Shown: positions 1 through 10,797, numbered from the stretch's first letter. The stretch: DNA of 64,000 nucleotides from Planctomycetota bacterium (GCA_965223505.1 CBDCWP010000034.1:128001-192000); one strand, 5' to 3'. A program made the numbers and translations. Notes: generated from the sequence alone by a model not told the origin.

Positions 1-1938
1 CTCGATCGGCTCGAGCGGCTTCTCCTTCTTCTTGTCGCCGCTCCCGCCCTTGTCGTCGACGCTCTTCTCGTCGTCGTCCTTCTTGTCGTCGTCCTTCTTC
101 GGGGCGTCGTCCTTCTTGGGCGCGTCGTCCTTCTTCGGCGGGTCGTCCTTCTTCTCTTCCTTGGCTTCGTCCTCGGCGTTCTTCTTCTTCTCCTGCTCTT
201 CCTTCTTCTTCTTTTCCTTGTCCTTCTTCTCCTTCTTCTGGAAGAGCTCGAACTCCTCGGGGCTCAAGCGCGCGCGGTCGTGGGCGGCCTGCGTGAGATC
301 GAACGCCATCACGTCGTCCTCGGCGCCCCAGCCGCCGTGGCTGCGCCGGCCGTAGCGGTCCGTCAGGAAGAGCAGCGAGCGGCCGTCCGGCGACCACTTG
401 GGCCGGCCCTCGTAGTAGCCGCTGTCGCTGATGTTGGTGACCTTCCCGGTCTCGACGTTGACGATCCCGATGTCCTCGACCCAGATCTTGCGCGGCAGGT
501 AGTTCACCGCGAGCCACTTGCCGTCCGGCGACCAATCGAAGTGAATGTCGCCGTCCGAGTACGAGTAGTTGCGCTCGGCCGGCACCATGACGCGCGACGT
601 CTTGGTCTCGAGGTTCAGCACGCGCAGCTCATCGCGCTCGTGCAGGTAGGCGAGGTTCTCGCCGTCGGGCGACATCTGCGGCTGGAACGTCTCGTACTGC
701 GAGACCAGCACGGGCTCCTCGGTCACGATCGTCGCCGTCGCGAATCGATCCTCGTCTTCCCGTTCGAGCTTGGTGCGGTACAGGTTCCACGAGCCGTCAC
801 GCTCGCTCGCGTAGTAGACCGAGCGGCCGTCCTTGGCCCACGTCACCGAGCGCTCTTGCTCCGGCGTGTCGGTGAGTCGCTTCGTCGTGGCGTAGTCGAT
901 CGACGTGACGAAGACCTCGCCGCGAACGACGAATGCCACCTCGTCTCCTTCGGGCGAGACGGCGAAGTCCGTGGCGCCGCTACGTAGCGTCGCGTGGAGA
1001 TCCGGGTTGGTGCGGTCGCCGATGCGCACCCGCACGGAGATCTTCCGGGGTTCGGATCGCGGCGCGCGCGTGTACAGCGTGCCGTTGTGCGTATACGCGA
1101 TCGTGCCGTCCTTCGCAGCGGACAGGAAGCGGACGGGATGCGTCGTGTGCTGCGTGAGCTGCTTCGGCTCGCCGGTACCGTCGACGGCTTGGAGGTAGAC
1201 GTTGAACGTCCCCTTCATCTCGCTGAGGAAGTAGATGCTCTTCCCGTCCTTCGACCAGGCCGGGTTGCGGTCCTCGCCCTTGTACGACGTGAGCTTGCGA
1301 TGCTTTCCGGTCGCGGGCGTCCAGATCCAGAGATCGCGGGTCACCGACGAGGTGTGGTGCTTGCGCCACGGGTCCTCGAAGCCCTTGACGTCCTCGTAGG
1401 CCACGTGCCTGCCGTCCGGGCTGTAGACCGCGGCCTCCGCGGGCGTCGTGAGCTCCTGCCGCGGGCGCCCCCCGTCGACGGAGATCGAGTACAGCTCCGC
1501 CATGTAGCGGGTGCCGACGGCCGCCTTGGCGTCGTCCAGCCGCGTGCTCGCGAAGACGACGCGCTTGCCGTCGGGGCTGAAGCAGGTCGGCGTGTCGCGC
1601 AAGGAGTAGTAGGTCAGGCGTGTCGCCCGGCCGCCCTGGGCCGGGATCGTGAAGACGTCGAAATTGCCGTGACGGTCCGACGCGAAGGCGATCGTCTGCG
1701 AGTCCGGCGACCACACCGGCGACCGCTCGTAGGCCGCGTGCGTGGTGAGCGCCCGCGCATCGCCGCCCTCGGCCTCGACGATCCAGATGTCGCCCTTGTA
1801 GGAGAAGGCGATCGACTGCCCGTCGGGCGAGATCGAGGCGTAGCGAATCCACGTCGCCTCGTCGGCGGCCTCGGCGGGCGACGAGGCGCTCCAGAGCAGC
1901 AACGGAAGTAGAAGGAACGACACAGCCCAGTGCTTCAT
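1..1938 (-). CDS. Tricorn-like S41 family peptidase (partial; runs off the window start)
   Basis: Not in the ORF track because there is no stop in the window. ATG at 1938 with GGAGAGG upstream reads MKHWAVSFLLLPLLL (signal peptide), then WIRYASISPDGQSIAFSYKGDIW and repeated PD40-like SPDG motifs, then a K/D/E-rich linker. The catalytic domain lies outside the window. Confidence 0.8.
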   Translation of the reverse strand, partial: MKHWAVSFLLLPLLLWSASSPAEAADEATWIRYASISPDGQSIAFSYKGDIWIVEAEGGDARALTTHAAYERSPVWSPDSQTIAFASDRHGNFDVFTIPAQGGRATRLTYYSLRDTPTCFSPDGKRVVFASTRLDDAKAAVGTRYMAELYSISVDGGRPRQELTTPAEAAVYSPDGRHVAYEDVKGFEDPWRKHHTSSVTRDLWIWTPATGKHRKLTSYKGEDRNPAWSKDGKSIYFLSEMKGTFNVYLQAVDGTGEPKQLTQHTTHPVRFLSAAKDGTIAYTHNGTLYTRAPRSEPRKISVRVRIGDRTNPDLHATLRSGATDFAVSPEGDEVAFVVRGEVFVTSIDYATTKRLTDTPEQERSVTWAKDGRSVYYASERDGSWNLYRTKLEREDEDRFATATIVTEEPVLVSQYETFQPQMSPDGENLAYLHERDELRVLNLETKTSRVMVPAERNYSYSDGDIHFDWSPDGKWLAVNYLPRKIWVEDIGIVNVETGKVTNISDSGYYEGRPKWSPDGRSLLFLTDRYGRRSHGGWGAEDDVMAFDLTQAAHDRARLSPEEFELFQKKEKKDKEKKKKEEQEKKKNAEDEAKEEKKDDPPKKDDAPKKDDAPKKDDDKKDDDEKSVDDKGGSGDKKKEKPLEPIE

Positions 1939-2024
1939 GGCACCTCTCCGAGTGAAGGCGGACAGACTACTCAGAGTCGATGGCCCTTGCCTCGACGTGT
2001 TCACCCGGTTGGTAGGATTTGGCG

Positions 2025-3068
2025 ATGCGCATGACGGTCCTTCTCGCGGCACTGGTCACCGGTTGTTTGCTCGCGGCGTACGCGCGGGCGGGCGCGGAGC
2101 ACGTCGAGCTCGGCGCCGTTCGCTGGCTGCGCGACAGGGACACGGCGTTCGAAAGGGCGCGGAAGGAGAAGCGGCCCGTCGTGCTTCTGTTCCAGGAGGT
2201 GCCCGGGTGAAGCACGTGCGTGGACTTCGGTCGTGAGGTCCTGACGCTCCCGTTGCTCGTCGAGGCGTTCGAAACGGAGTTCGTCCCGCTCTGCATCTTC
2301 AACAACGTGAAGGAGGAGGCGCACCTCCTGAAGCGCTACGAGGAGCCGTCGTGGAACAACCCCGTGGTGCGCTTCTTCTCCGCCGACGACAAGGATCTGA
2401 TTCCGCGCAAGGACCGCGTGTGGAAGCCGGACGCGCTGTTGCCGCGGGTCGTCGCGTCGCTCCGAGCCGCCAAGTGCGAGGTCCCGGCGTACTTGACGCT
2501 GCTCGCGGACGACGTACGGGCCGCGTCCTTCGAGCGCGCCACCTTCGCGATGTACTGCTTCTGGGAGGGGGAGAAGCAGCTCGGCAGGATCGACGGCGTC
2601 GTCTCGACGGAGGCGGGCTGGCTCGACGGCAAGGAGGTCGTCGAGCTCGTCTACGACCCGGCGCGCGTGGACTACGCCAAGCTGGTCACGGAAGCCCGCG
2701 GCGTGAAGTGCTGCAGCAAGGTGTACGCGCGAACGGACGCGCAGCTCGAGGCGGCGAACGGCGTGATCGACGCGTCGCGAACCGACGAGGCGATCAAGCT
2801 CGCCAAGGACTCGGACCGCAAGTACTACCTGACGAAGAGCCCGCTGCGCTACCTGCCCATGACGCCCGCGCAAGCCACCAAGGTCAACGCGGCGCTGGCG
2901 GCGAAGGCGCCGTACACCACGTTCCTCAGTCCCCGCCAGCGTGCCCTCGCGAAGCGACTGCTGTCGCTGAGCAGCGACCAACAGAAACGGCTCGAGGGCC
3001 TGCGCCGGCCGTCGAAGCTGAGCGAGCTTGCGGCTTACGAGCGGGAGCTGGCGTCGCGACTCGGCTGA
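2025..3068 (+). CDS. Secreted thioredoxin-like selenoprotein (VPG-U-STC) with a C-terminal MsrA-like domain; in-frame TGA at 2208-2210 read as Sec
   Basis: ORFs 2019-2210 and 2220-3068 are in frame and join as LLFQEVPG-TGA-STCVDFG (UxxC). N-terminal signal peptide; downstream TFAMYCFWEGE resembles the MsrA GCFWG motif; SECIS-like hairpin 11 nt after the TGA. Confidence 0.85.
2222..2241 (+). promoter_or_regulatory. Putative bacterial SECIS hairpin
   Basis: GGACTTC (2222-2228) pairs with GAGGTCC (2235-2241), loop GGTCGT; the stem starts 11 nt after the TGA. Confidence 0.65.
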
Positions 3069-3088
3069 GGACCGCGTACAGTGGTGCG

Positions 3089-3538
3089 ATGACCGACAAA
3101 GTGAACCGCACGGGCGCGTACTTCGGCGCGGCGTTCGGCGTGAGTGCGTGGGCGTTCGTGATCGTCGTCCTGGGGTTGGCGGCCGGCGACGTGGATCTCG
3201 TCGTCGAGGTGGGGTTGCCGTGCCTGTTGCTGGCGGTGGGCGCGGCGGCGCTGCTGATCCTGATCTTCGAGCTGGCGCAGCGGGCCGTGCCGAACGACAG
3301 ACCGTTGCACCACCGCATGTTGTGGGGCGGCATCCTGTTCGCGCTGGGGCTCTTCTTCTTGCTGACCAACAACTGGATCGGGCCGCGGCTCGAGTCGTCG
3401 GTCAAGGTCGCCGAGATGCTGGACAGTCTGGGCAGCGCGACGCGCATTCCGGCGTTCATCGTTTGGGCGACGTTGGTCGGAGCGGCCACACTGCTCGTGA
3501 TGGGCGCCGTGCGGGTCGTGCGGCTACCGCGCGATTGA
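3089..3538 (+). CDS. Hypothetical membrane protein (about 4 TM segments, 149 aa)
   Basis: MTDKVNRTGAYFG start with several hydrophobic segments; TACAGT lies 6 nt upstream of the ATG. Confidence 0.7.
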   Translation: MTDKVNRTGAYFGAAFGVSAWAFVIVVLGLAAGDVDLVVEVGLPCLLLAVGAAALLILIFELAQRAVPNDRPLHHRMLWGGILFALGLFFLLTNNWIGPRLESSVKVAEMLDSLGSATRIPAFIVWATLVGAATLLVMGAVRVVRLPRD

Positions 3539-3636
3539 GGCCGGTTTCGGCAGCGGCACCCGGAACGGAGGTGCGCCTGATGGCGTCGTGCCCGCGTTGA
3601 TTCGGGTCCTCGAGATTGCGGAAGTACCAGGCAGCG

Positions 3637-6600
3637 TTACTTGACGGAACCGGACTTGTTCGCCGGCACGATCTCGTAGGCATCATCGTCGAGCATGAAG
3701 CGGATGTGGCCGCCGAGTGCGAGCCACTTCGGAGCGCGTGCATCGACGCGAAGCAGCGAGAAGTACGCGTCCGAGTACGCTTCGACGCGCACGGGCTGCG
3801 CGTCAGCCTTCCAGTTCGCGTCCGTCCAGACGCCATTCTTGCGCTCGAACGTCTTGCCGCCCACCGTCTTGAACAGTCCGGCGCCTGCACCGCCTGTCTC
3901 CGACGCCGCCATGCGCTCCTTCTCGCGTTGCAGGATCTTCGAGTCGCGCACCTGCGCCTCCTTGCTCGGCGGCTTCACGTTGCGCGTGCCGAAGACCCGG
4001 TCGTAGCGGTAGTACACCTGCACGCACGAGCTCATGAGCGCGGTCGACATCGCACGTCCGCCGGCCTGCGCTTCGGGCGATGCGCCGAGCGGATCCCACG
4101 AGCTCTTCACCGTCGCATGGGTGCCGTCCTTGCGCTGCGAGTCGACGATCGCGTCGTCGATTGCGTCCTTCCAGATCTTCCAGTGTCGTCCGCCGATCTG
4201 GTGCATCGCCAAGACGCCGAAGTGCCAGCCCATCAGGTCGTTGGTCGCGTTCTTCGCGTCCCAACGGGGCGGCGTCGCGGCAAGCGCGTCGGCCAGGACT
4301 TGCACCCGCGCGTCCTTGCGCGGGTCCGCGCCCGCGAAGATGCGCGCCAGCGCCTCGGCGCCGCGGCTCAGGGTCGAGTCCGCCGGCTCGGCTTTCGCGA
4401 TCCAACCCGGGATGGAACGAAGTAGATCGCGCTCGACGCGGAACGGCTCCGGGTGGCCGCGCCGAAGCGCGTCGCGGTTCACGAGATGCGCGCTGGCGAG
4501 CGCGAGCATGTTCCAGCTCGTGACCGTCAGATCGATCTCGTTGGATTTCGACGGCGCCGCCCAGCCGCCGCCGGGCAGACGAGACGCGAGGATGTAGTCG
4601 ACCGCACCCTGCGCCGCGCCCTTGAAGATCGGGCTGTTGGTCATGCCGTAGGCTTCGATCATCGCCAGCGATGCCGTGGCGTGCCCGAAGGCCGAGCCCG
4701 GGAGATCCCGCGGACCGAAGTGACCCTCGGGATCCTGGACGTTCTTCAGATAGCGCAAGCCCTTCGAGACCGCGCCCCGGAAGGGGTGCCGGCCGCGGTT
4801 GGTGTATCCGGCGCCGAGGTAGGTCGTGATCGCCAGGCCGGTGACGGCGACGTCGTGATCGTGCTTGCCGAGCCCGAAGCCGTCGGCCTTCCAGCTGCCG
4901 TCGGACTGCTGGTGCTCGAGCAGCCACCGGCCGCTCCCGCCGACCGTGTCGACGCGTTTCTTGCCCCCGCTGCCGGGTGCTCGGTCCGCGGACCCGCCGC
5001 GTCCGCCGAACGCGCCCCCCGCGCCGCCGCCCACGCCGATCATGCTGTTGTTGGCGGGACCCTCGAACGGCGCGTCCGACAGCCCGCGCATGCCCAGACG
5101 CTCCTCGAACTCTAGATCGTTGTCGGTCTCGATGTTGTCGTCGATCTCGGTGTCCTCGACGACGAGACCCGACGTGTAGGGCGTCACGATCGAGTGGCGT
5201 GTGCCGAGTCGCACGATCTCGTTCCGGACCTCCTTGGTGAGCCCATGGAGCCGGATGTCGTCGAGCAGAAACGCGATCTTGCGGTACGCCCAAAGGCGGG
5301 GGAGGTACGCCACGCCCTCGCCGCTTCGAAGCGTCGTCTCGTACGCATACGCCCGCGGCTCGCCCGCGAGCGTTCCCTTCAACGTGAACGTGCGCTCTCC
5401 GCCCTCCTTGTATCGGCCGAAGAGAACGATCTGCATGCCGGAGAAGAGCACGGGGATCGACTTCGGATAGACGTCGTAGACGCCCGTGCCGAGGTCGATC
5501 TCGATGTCGCTCAGCACCGGCTCGTTGACCTTGCGGAAGAACCGGCTGGTGACGATCTCGATGTCTTCCTTCGGCTCGACGTAGTCGCGCGTCCCGCCGG
5601 TCGTCTCGGCGATCTGGTCCAGCAGCTTCACGTCGAGGTCGTACCCCACGCCGAAGGTGAATACGCGCGCCTTCGAGACATTGGCGTTCTTGACCCGCGC
5701 GACGAGCCTGCCGGTGTCGCGCTCGCCGATGCTCGGGAGGCCGTCCGTCAGGAAGACGACCATCGCCGGCCGCGCGTCGTCGGGCCGAAGCTGAAGCGCG
5801 GTGCCGAGCGCGTCTTCGATGTTGGTGCCGCCGTTCGCCTCGAGCGCGGAGATCCACTCGACCGCCGCCTCCCTCGACGCGCCGGTCGCGTCGATCAGCC
5901 CGTCACGGAAAGGGTGCACGCCGCTCGAGAACGCGAGGATGTTGAAGCGGTCGTTCGGCCGCAGGGAGCGCACGCCGAAGATCAGCGCCTTGCGCGCCTG
6001 CTCGATCTTCGGGCCCTGCATCGAGCCGCTGGTGTCGAGGACGTAGACGACGTCCTTGGGCGCGATCCGATCGCGCTCGATCTTCGTTTTCGGCGCGAGC
6101 ACGGCCATGAACGTGCCGTCGTCGCCCACCGGCTTGTGGCTCAACACCGAGAGACCGACCTCGTCGCGGCTGCGCGCGAAGTAGAGCAGCAGGTCGGTCG
6201 CCTGGCGTCGTCCGTTCGACTCGTACGTGACGCGCGCTTTGCGGTCGCCGTCTCGCGTGAGCTCGACGCGGTGCGTCGGGCTGTAGATCGCCTTCAGGTC
6301 GACGTCGCTCTCGATGCGCACGTCCACGATGACAGCGTCCACCGCGGCGGCGCTGAAGCGATCCGTCGCAAGCGGATACCGCAGCTCCAGCGTCCCGTCG
6401 TCGTCGGGAAGCAGCTGCTGGAACGTGAGCCGGATGGTCAGCTCTTGACGCGGCTCGATGGGGAAGACGCGCGCGCGGAACATGCCGCGCCCGACGTACT
6501 CCAGCAGCCCCGGGTCGCGGCGACGCCGCACGATGCTCTCGTAGACGGCGCGCGCACGCTTCGACTCGATGACCTCGCCTTCGACCATCTTGCCGGCCAT

Positions 6601-6888
6601 CGTCATCGCGAACTTGCTGACGACCGCCCCCTTGGGGAGCGGAAAGAGATACGTACCTTCGAGTCGCGCGCCCGAGCTGTTGTGGAACACCTGCTCGACC
6701 GTCACCTCGGCCGCCTGATTGCGAACGACGGCCGAGACCTTGTGTCCTTTGAGCCGGACCGGGCCGCGTGCGTCGGCAGGCGCGTCGCTCTCGGCGCGAA
6801 CCAGGATGCCGTTGGCGTGCGCCGTCGAAGCGGCGATCGAGACGAAGAAGAGAAGCGTGACGACGACGAGCAGGGGGGTGCGCAACAC
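3637..6888 (-). CDS. Secreted VIT + vWA domain protein with a prenyltransferase/squalene-cyclase-like repeat domain
   Basis: Signal peptide; VIT (QVFHNSSGARLEGTYLFPLP); vWA MIDAS DTSGS plus GGTNI and LTDG; QW-like repeats (WLLEHQQSDGSW, YLKNVQDPEGHF); GGAGG before the GTG. Confidence 0.8.
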   Translation of the reverse strand: MLRTPLLVVVTLLFFVSIAASTAHANGILVRAESDAPADARGPVRLKGHKVSAVVRNQAAEVTVEQVFHNSSGARLEGTYLFPLPKGAVVSKFAMTMAGKMVEGEVIESKRARAVYESIVRRRRDPGLLEYVGRGMFRARVFPIEPRQELTIRLTFQQLLPDDDGTLELRYPLATDRFSAAAVDAVIVDVRIESDVDLKAIYSPTHRVELTRDGDRKARVTYESNGRRQATDLLLYFARSRDEVGLSVLSHKPVGDDGTFMAVLAPKTKIERDRIAPKDVVYVLDTSGSMQGPKIEQARKALIFGVRSLRPNDRFNILAFSSGVHPFRDGLIDATGASREAAVEWISALEANGGTNIEDALGTALQLRPDDARPAMVVFLTDGLPSIGERDTGRLVARVKNANVSKARVFTFGVGYDLDVKLLDQIAETTGGTRDYVEPKEDIEIVTSRFFRKVNEPVLSDIEIDLGTGVYDVYPKSIPVLFSGMQIVLFGRYKEGGERTFTLKGTLAGEPRAYAYETTLRSGEGVAYLPRLWAYRKIAFLLDDIRLHGLTKEVRNEIVRLGTRHSIVTPYTSGLVVEDTEIDDNIETDNDLEFEERLGMRGLSDAPFEGPANNSMIGVGGGAGGAFGGRGGSADRAPGSGGKKRVDTVGGSGRWLLEHQQSDGSWKADGFGLGKHDHDVAVTGLAITTYLGAGYTNRGRHPFRGAVSKGLRYLKNVQDPEGHFGPRDLPGSAFGHATASLAMIEAYGMTNSPIFKGAAQGAVDYILASRLPGGGWAAPSKSNEIDLTVTSWNMLALASAHLVNRDALRRGHPEPFRVERDLLRSIPGWIAKAEPADSTLSRGAEALARIFAGADPRKDARVQVLADALAATPPRWDAKNATNDLMGWHFGVLAMHQIGGRHWKIWKDAIDDAIVDSQRKDGTHATVKSSWDPLGASPEAQAGGRAMSTALMSSCVQVYYRYDRVFGTRNVKPPSKEAQVRDSKILQREKERMAASETGGAGAGLFKTVGGKTFERKNGVWTDANWKADAQPVRVEAYSDAYFSLLRVDARAPKWLALGGHIRFMLDDDAYEIVPANKSGSVK

Positions 6889-6964
6889 GAGGAACCTCCG
6901 TTGCGTTGGTGAACGGGTGAACCGTCCCCGAGGTTCGACGTTCCCCCCGTGAAGGGAGGCGTCG

Positions 6965-9900
6965 CTACGCGTCGCCGTGTTCGACCGCCGGCGTCGTGGC
7001 GTCGGGCGTGTCGCGCTTGTCGCTGCGAACGTCAGCGTCGATGTCGCGGTACAGGCGCACCTGCTCGCGCATCACGCCGCGCAGCTCCGGCGGCGACTGC
7101 TGGTAGAGCTCTTCGAGCAGCCGGCTGGCGGCGCGCAGGTGCAGCGGCTTGTTCGTCGCGCGCCACAGCACGTATTCCGCTTCGAGACGAACGAGGAACG
7201 GCAGACGCTGCTCGTTCTCGGCGAGCGCGCGCTCCGCCGCCGCGGCGTCCCCCCCGGGGAGCATCGCGTCGAGTCCTCGTCCGAGCACCGCCCACGCGGA
7301 CGCGCTGAGGTCACGGCCGAGCGCGAGCACCTCGTCGACGATCTGACGCGCCTCGGCCTCGTGGCCGGCGGTCATTTGCAGGCCGGCCTGCCGCACGAGC
7401 GTTTCCATGCCGCCGACGCGGTCGCCCGTCTCCCGCCGCAGGCCCAGCGCCTCCAGGTAGAGGCGTCCGGCCCCCGCGGCGTCGCCTCGCCGGTGTTCGA
7501 CCCAACCCAGCTCGTGGAGCACATCCGCGATGAAGCGCCGGTTGCCGGTCTGCTCGCAGCGCTCCCGGGCGGCGAGGAACGACGCGCGCGCGCGATCGAA
7601 GTCGCCGAACATGGCGGCGATGCGGCCTTGCGCCAGGAGCCCGCTCGCGCTGCCGAGCAGGTCGTCGATCTGTCGCGAAGTCGAGAGGCAGTGCTGAATG
7701 TGCGGCTCGGCGTCGTTGAACCGGCCCAGCGCCATGAGCGTCTGCCCGAGTCCGCCGCTGGCGACGGCTTCCCCTCGCCGGTAGCCCATCGCGCTCGATA
7801 CCTCGAGCGCGTTCTCCAGGCACTTCTGGGCCTGTTCGTACTCACCGATGCCGAGATAGTGCAGTCCCAGGCTGGTCTGCGCGGCGGCCTCGGCCTTCCG
7901 GAATCCGCCGCTGCGCGCGCGCGTCAGCTGCTCGCTCAGGTAGTTGCGGGCGACGTCGTACATGCCGATCTTCATGAACAGATCGCCGAGGTGTCCCGCC
8001 GCCTCGACCCCCATCCGCTCGTCCTTCGATTCGCCCGCAAGCTCGAGTTGCCGCTCGAATTGGATCCGCGCCTGCTCGTTCTCGCCCAGCTCCTGCAGCG
8101 TGACGCCGAGCATGCCGCTGGTCATCGCCTCGAGGTGCGTGTCCCGCTTGCGCACGGCGTATTCGAGGTTGGCCTGCAGCAGCGGCTGCGCCTCGGCGCC
8201 GCGCGACGTTTCGAGCAGGAGGCGGCTCTCGGCGGTGCGCGCGTGCACGAGCAGGGTTTCGTTGCGAGCGCTGATCGCGGCGTCCGTCGCGTCCTTGATG
8301 CACGCTCGCTCGACCTTGCGGTCACCGAACACGTTGGCACACGCGGCCTTGTGCAACAGAACCGGAGCGCGGTCCTCTTCGAGCAGCAGGCCGGGCTGGC
8401 CCAGAACGTGATCGGCGAGATCGAGGGCTTCGTTGTACCGCTCGTGATCCCGCAAGTGCTGCAGCACCGGCACGAGCCAGTGCAGGAACGACTCGGGCCG
8501 CGCACTGCGCAGCGCATGCCGGAGGACCTGGAACGCCTGCTCGCGATCGATCTCGTGAATCGGCCTGTCGATGAGATTGCCCTGGCGCGCGAGCGTCTGG
8601 GCGATCAGCCAGTGGTACTCGCCCGCGAGCGCCGGCGGCAGCGGTTGGTAGAGGTGCTGTTGCAGCTGCTGTTGATCGAATCGGAACTGCTGTCCCTTGC
8701 TGACGATGAGTCCGCGCCGCTCGAGGTCGGCGAGATGTCGCAGCACCTCCACGCGCTTGAGACCACAGACACGTGCAATGGTCTCGGCGTCGAACTCGAA
8801 CCCCTGGACCGCAGCCACGTCGAGCAGCGTGCGCTCCTTGTCGCTCAGTCCCTCGAGTCGCGCTTCCATGAGCTCGTGCACGGCGTGCGAGACCTCGACC
8901 TGGTCGCTCGACTCGACCTCGACGTAGCTGCCGTCCGGTAGCTTCCGAATCAACGCGCCGTCCGTCATCGCGTTGATCATGTCGAGCATCGCTTGCGGGA
9001 CGCCATCGGACTTGTACGCGATCATCGAACCGAGCTTGTCCGCGAGCGCCTGACCGCCGAGCGCGCTCTGCAGGAACTGAACGACTTCGCGCGGTGTCAG
9101 TCCGACGAGGTCCATCCGATCGAGAGCCGGCAGCTGAGCGAGGTCGCGTCGGAAGCCGTCATCGAGTCCGGCGGCGCAGGTCAGGACGACGAGCGCCCGC
9201 GAGCCCGACGCGGCCTGGGTGATCTGGTGAATCGAGCTGAGGCTGTCGTCGGATGCGAACTGGACGTCTTCGAGGACCCAGAGGACAGGCTTCTCGGACG
9301 CCAGCGACTGCAGCACCTCGCCGAAGATCGAGTCTCGTTCCTCCGCGTCGATGGCGCGCGCGGCTTCGCCCAAGGGTGCGTGCTCGACCAGCGCGGCGAA
9401 TCCGGCCAAATCGCCGGGCGACCGGTCGAGGTAGCGGCCGATGCCGTCTTGCAAGCCGGACGCGGAGAAGAAGCCGAGCAGCGAGTCGGAGAGGGCGCCC
9501 AATCCGCCGGCGACGCCGTAGCTGCCGTAGAGGATGTGAGCGGAGCCGTAGGGGAGCCCCTGTACGAACGCGTCCAGCAGTCGCGTTCGGCCGAACCCGG
9601 CTTCGCCTTCGATGAGCATGACGCCGCCGCGGCCGCGGCGGACTTCCGCCCAGCGTTCGTTCAGCGTCTTCAGCTCGCGCGCACGGCCGTGGAACGGCAC
9701 CTCACGGTCGACGTCGATGGCGATGAGGCGCCCGGGCGTCTGGCGTTCGCGGTTCTTGCGCAGCTGCCACCAGGAGGAGCCTTCGCCCTGCTCGAGGATC
9801 TCGTAGAGGTCTTCGCTCGAGGGGAACCGGTTGGCCGGCGTCTTCGCGAGCAGCACCATGACGAGCTCGTCGAGGAACTCCGACACCTTCGGGTTGGCCT

Positions 9901-10627
9901 GCCGCGGGCTCTGCGGCACGAGTCCCAGATGCGCCGTGATTACCTCCGCCGACGACTCGGCGTGAAAGGGGTTCTTCCCGGTAAGGAGCTCGAGCATCAG
10001 CACGCCGAGTGAGTAGAGGTCCGCGGACGGGCCGACCGGTTCGGATCGGAACTGCTCGGGGGCGCCGTACGTGAGCGACCCCATGAACTCGTTCTCGCCG
10101 GTGATGCGCGCCGACACCTCTTGCAGGTGCGCGACCCCGAGATCCATGATCCGGATCTGGTCGTCCTCGGTGATGAGCACGTTTTCGGGCTTGAGATCGC
10201 GGTGCACGATACCTTGCTCGTGAATGGCCACGAGCCCGCGCGTGACCTGCACGGCGATCTCGCGTAGCAGGGCGTCCGGAAGCGTGCCGTAGTCGTCGAG
10301 CAGACTGCGAAGCGTGCGGCCCTCGACGTACTCGGTCACGAGGAAGTTGACCTGCTCACCGTCCTGGATCACCGCGTCCACGTCGAGCGTTCGAACGACG
10401 TTCGGGTGGCGAACCGACTTGCCGACCTCCGCTTCTCGCAAGAAGCGTTTGAAGAATCCGGCGCGCTCGAGCAGGTGGCGGTGGACGACCTTGACCGCGA
10501 CCGCCTCGTTCTCATCGTTGCTGTCGCGCGGGCTCGCCAGGTAGACCCGGCCCATGCCGCCCGAACCGAGCTCGCGGATGACCTTGTAGGCGCCGATGCT
10601 CTGGCCGGGGGTGAAGGTGGACGACAT
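6965..10627 (-). CDS. Ser/Thr protein kinase - AAA/STAND-type ATPase - TPR protein
   Basis: GSGGMGRVY, AVK, HRDLKPEN, DLG and APE kinase motifs; FHGRARE...GEAGFGRT Walker A; LEDVQFA Walker B; C-terminal TPR-like helices. Start placed at MSSTF. Confidence 0.85.
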   Translation of the reverse strand: MSSTFTPGQSIGAYKVIRELGSGGMGRVYLASPRDSNDENEAVAVKVVHRHLLERAGFFKRFLREAEVGKSVRHPNVVRTLDVDAVIQDGEQVNFLVTEYVEGRTLRSLLDDYGTLPDALLREIAVQVTRGLVAIHEQGIVHRDLKPENVLITEDDQIRIMDLGVAHLQEVSARITGENEFMGSLTYGAPEQFRSEPVGPSADLYSLGVLMLELLTGKNPFHAESSAEVITAHLGLVPQSPRQANPKVSEFLDELVMVLLAKTPANRFPSSEDLYEILEQGEGSSWWQLRKNRERQTPGRLIAIDVDREVPFHGRARELKTLNERWAEVRRGRGGVMLIEGEAGFGRTRLLDAFVQGLPYGSAHILYGSYGVAGGLGALSDSLLGFFSASGLQDGIGRYLDRSPGDLAGFAALVEHAPLGEAARAIDAEERDSIFGEVLQSLASEKPVLWVLEDVQFASDDSLSSIHQITQAASGSRALVVLTCAAGLDDGFRRDLAQLPALDRMDLVGLTPREVVQFLQSALGGQALADKLGSMIAYKSDGVPQAMLDMINAMTDGALIRKLPDGSYVEVESSDQVEVSHAVHELMEARLEGLSDKERTLLDVAAVQGFEFDAETIARVCGLKRVEVLRHLADLERRGLIVSKGQQFRFDQQQLQQHLYQPLPPALAGEYHWLIAQTLARQGNLIDRPIHEIDREQAFQVLRHALRSARPESFLHWLVPVLQHLRDHERYNEALDLADHVLGQPGLLLEEDRAPVLLHKAACANVFGDRKVERACIKDATDAAISARNETLLVHARTAESRLLLETSRGAEAQPLLQANLEYAVRKRDTHLEAMTSGMLGVTLQELGENEQARIQFERQLELAGESKDERMGVEAAGHLGDLFMKIGMYDVARNYLSEQLTRARSGGFRKAEAAAQTSLGLHYLGIGEYEQAQKCLENALEVSSAMGYRRGEAVASGGLGQTLMALGRFNDAEPHIQHCLSTSRQIDDLLGSASGLLAQGRIAAMFGDFDRARASFLAARERCEQTGNRRFIADVLHELGWVEHRRGDAAGAGRLYLEALGLRRETGDRVGGMETLVRQAGLQMTAGHEAEARQIVDEVLALGRDLSASAWAVLGRGLDAMLPGGDAAAAERALAENEQRLPFLVRLEAEYVLWRATNKPLHLRAASRLLEELYQQSPPELRGVMREQVRLYRDIDADVRSDKRDTPDATTPAVEHGDA

Positions 10628-10797
10628 CGAAGCGAGCCCAGGAGAAAGGGGGACCGCCGACGATCGAAGTACGGGATGCCCTCGACCCTCCGCGGCAGAG
10701 GTTCCTATCGGCATCCGAACGGGGCCCACCGAAGCGCCGACCAGGGCGCGCGTTCAGACGGGGGGGCGAACAACCGCCAGGCCCTGAAAATGGGGCC

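Noticed and set aside
32..355. Ser/Phe-rich plus-strand ORF with short repeats
   Set aside because: Antisense of the K/D/E-rich linker (KKDDAP repeats) in the tricorn-like protease.
2208..2210. Genome-wide UGA reassignment (code 4 or 25) as the explanation for the in-frame TGA codons
   Set aside because: TGA ends many conserved genes here (rpsJ, rplW, rpsC, adk), tRNA-Trp has a CCA anticodon, and both read-through TGAs fall at CxxC positions.
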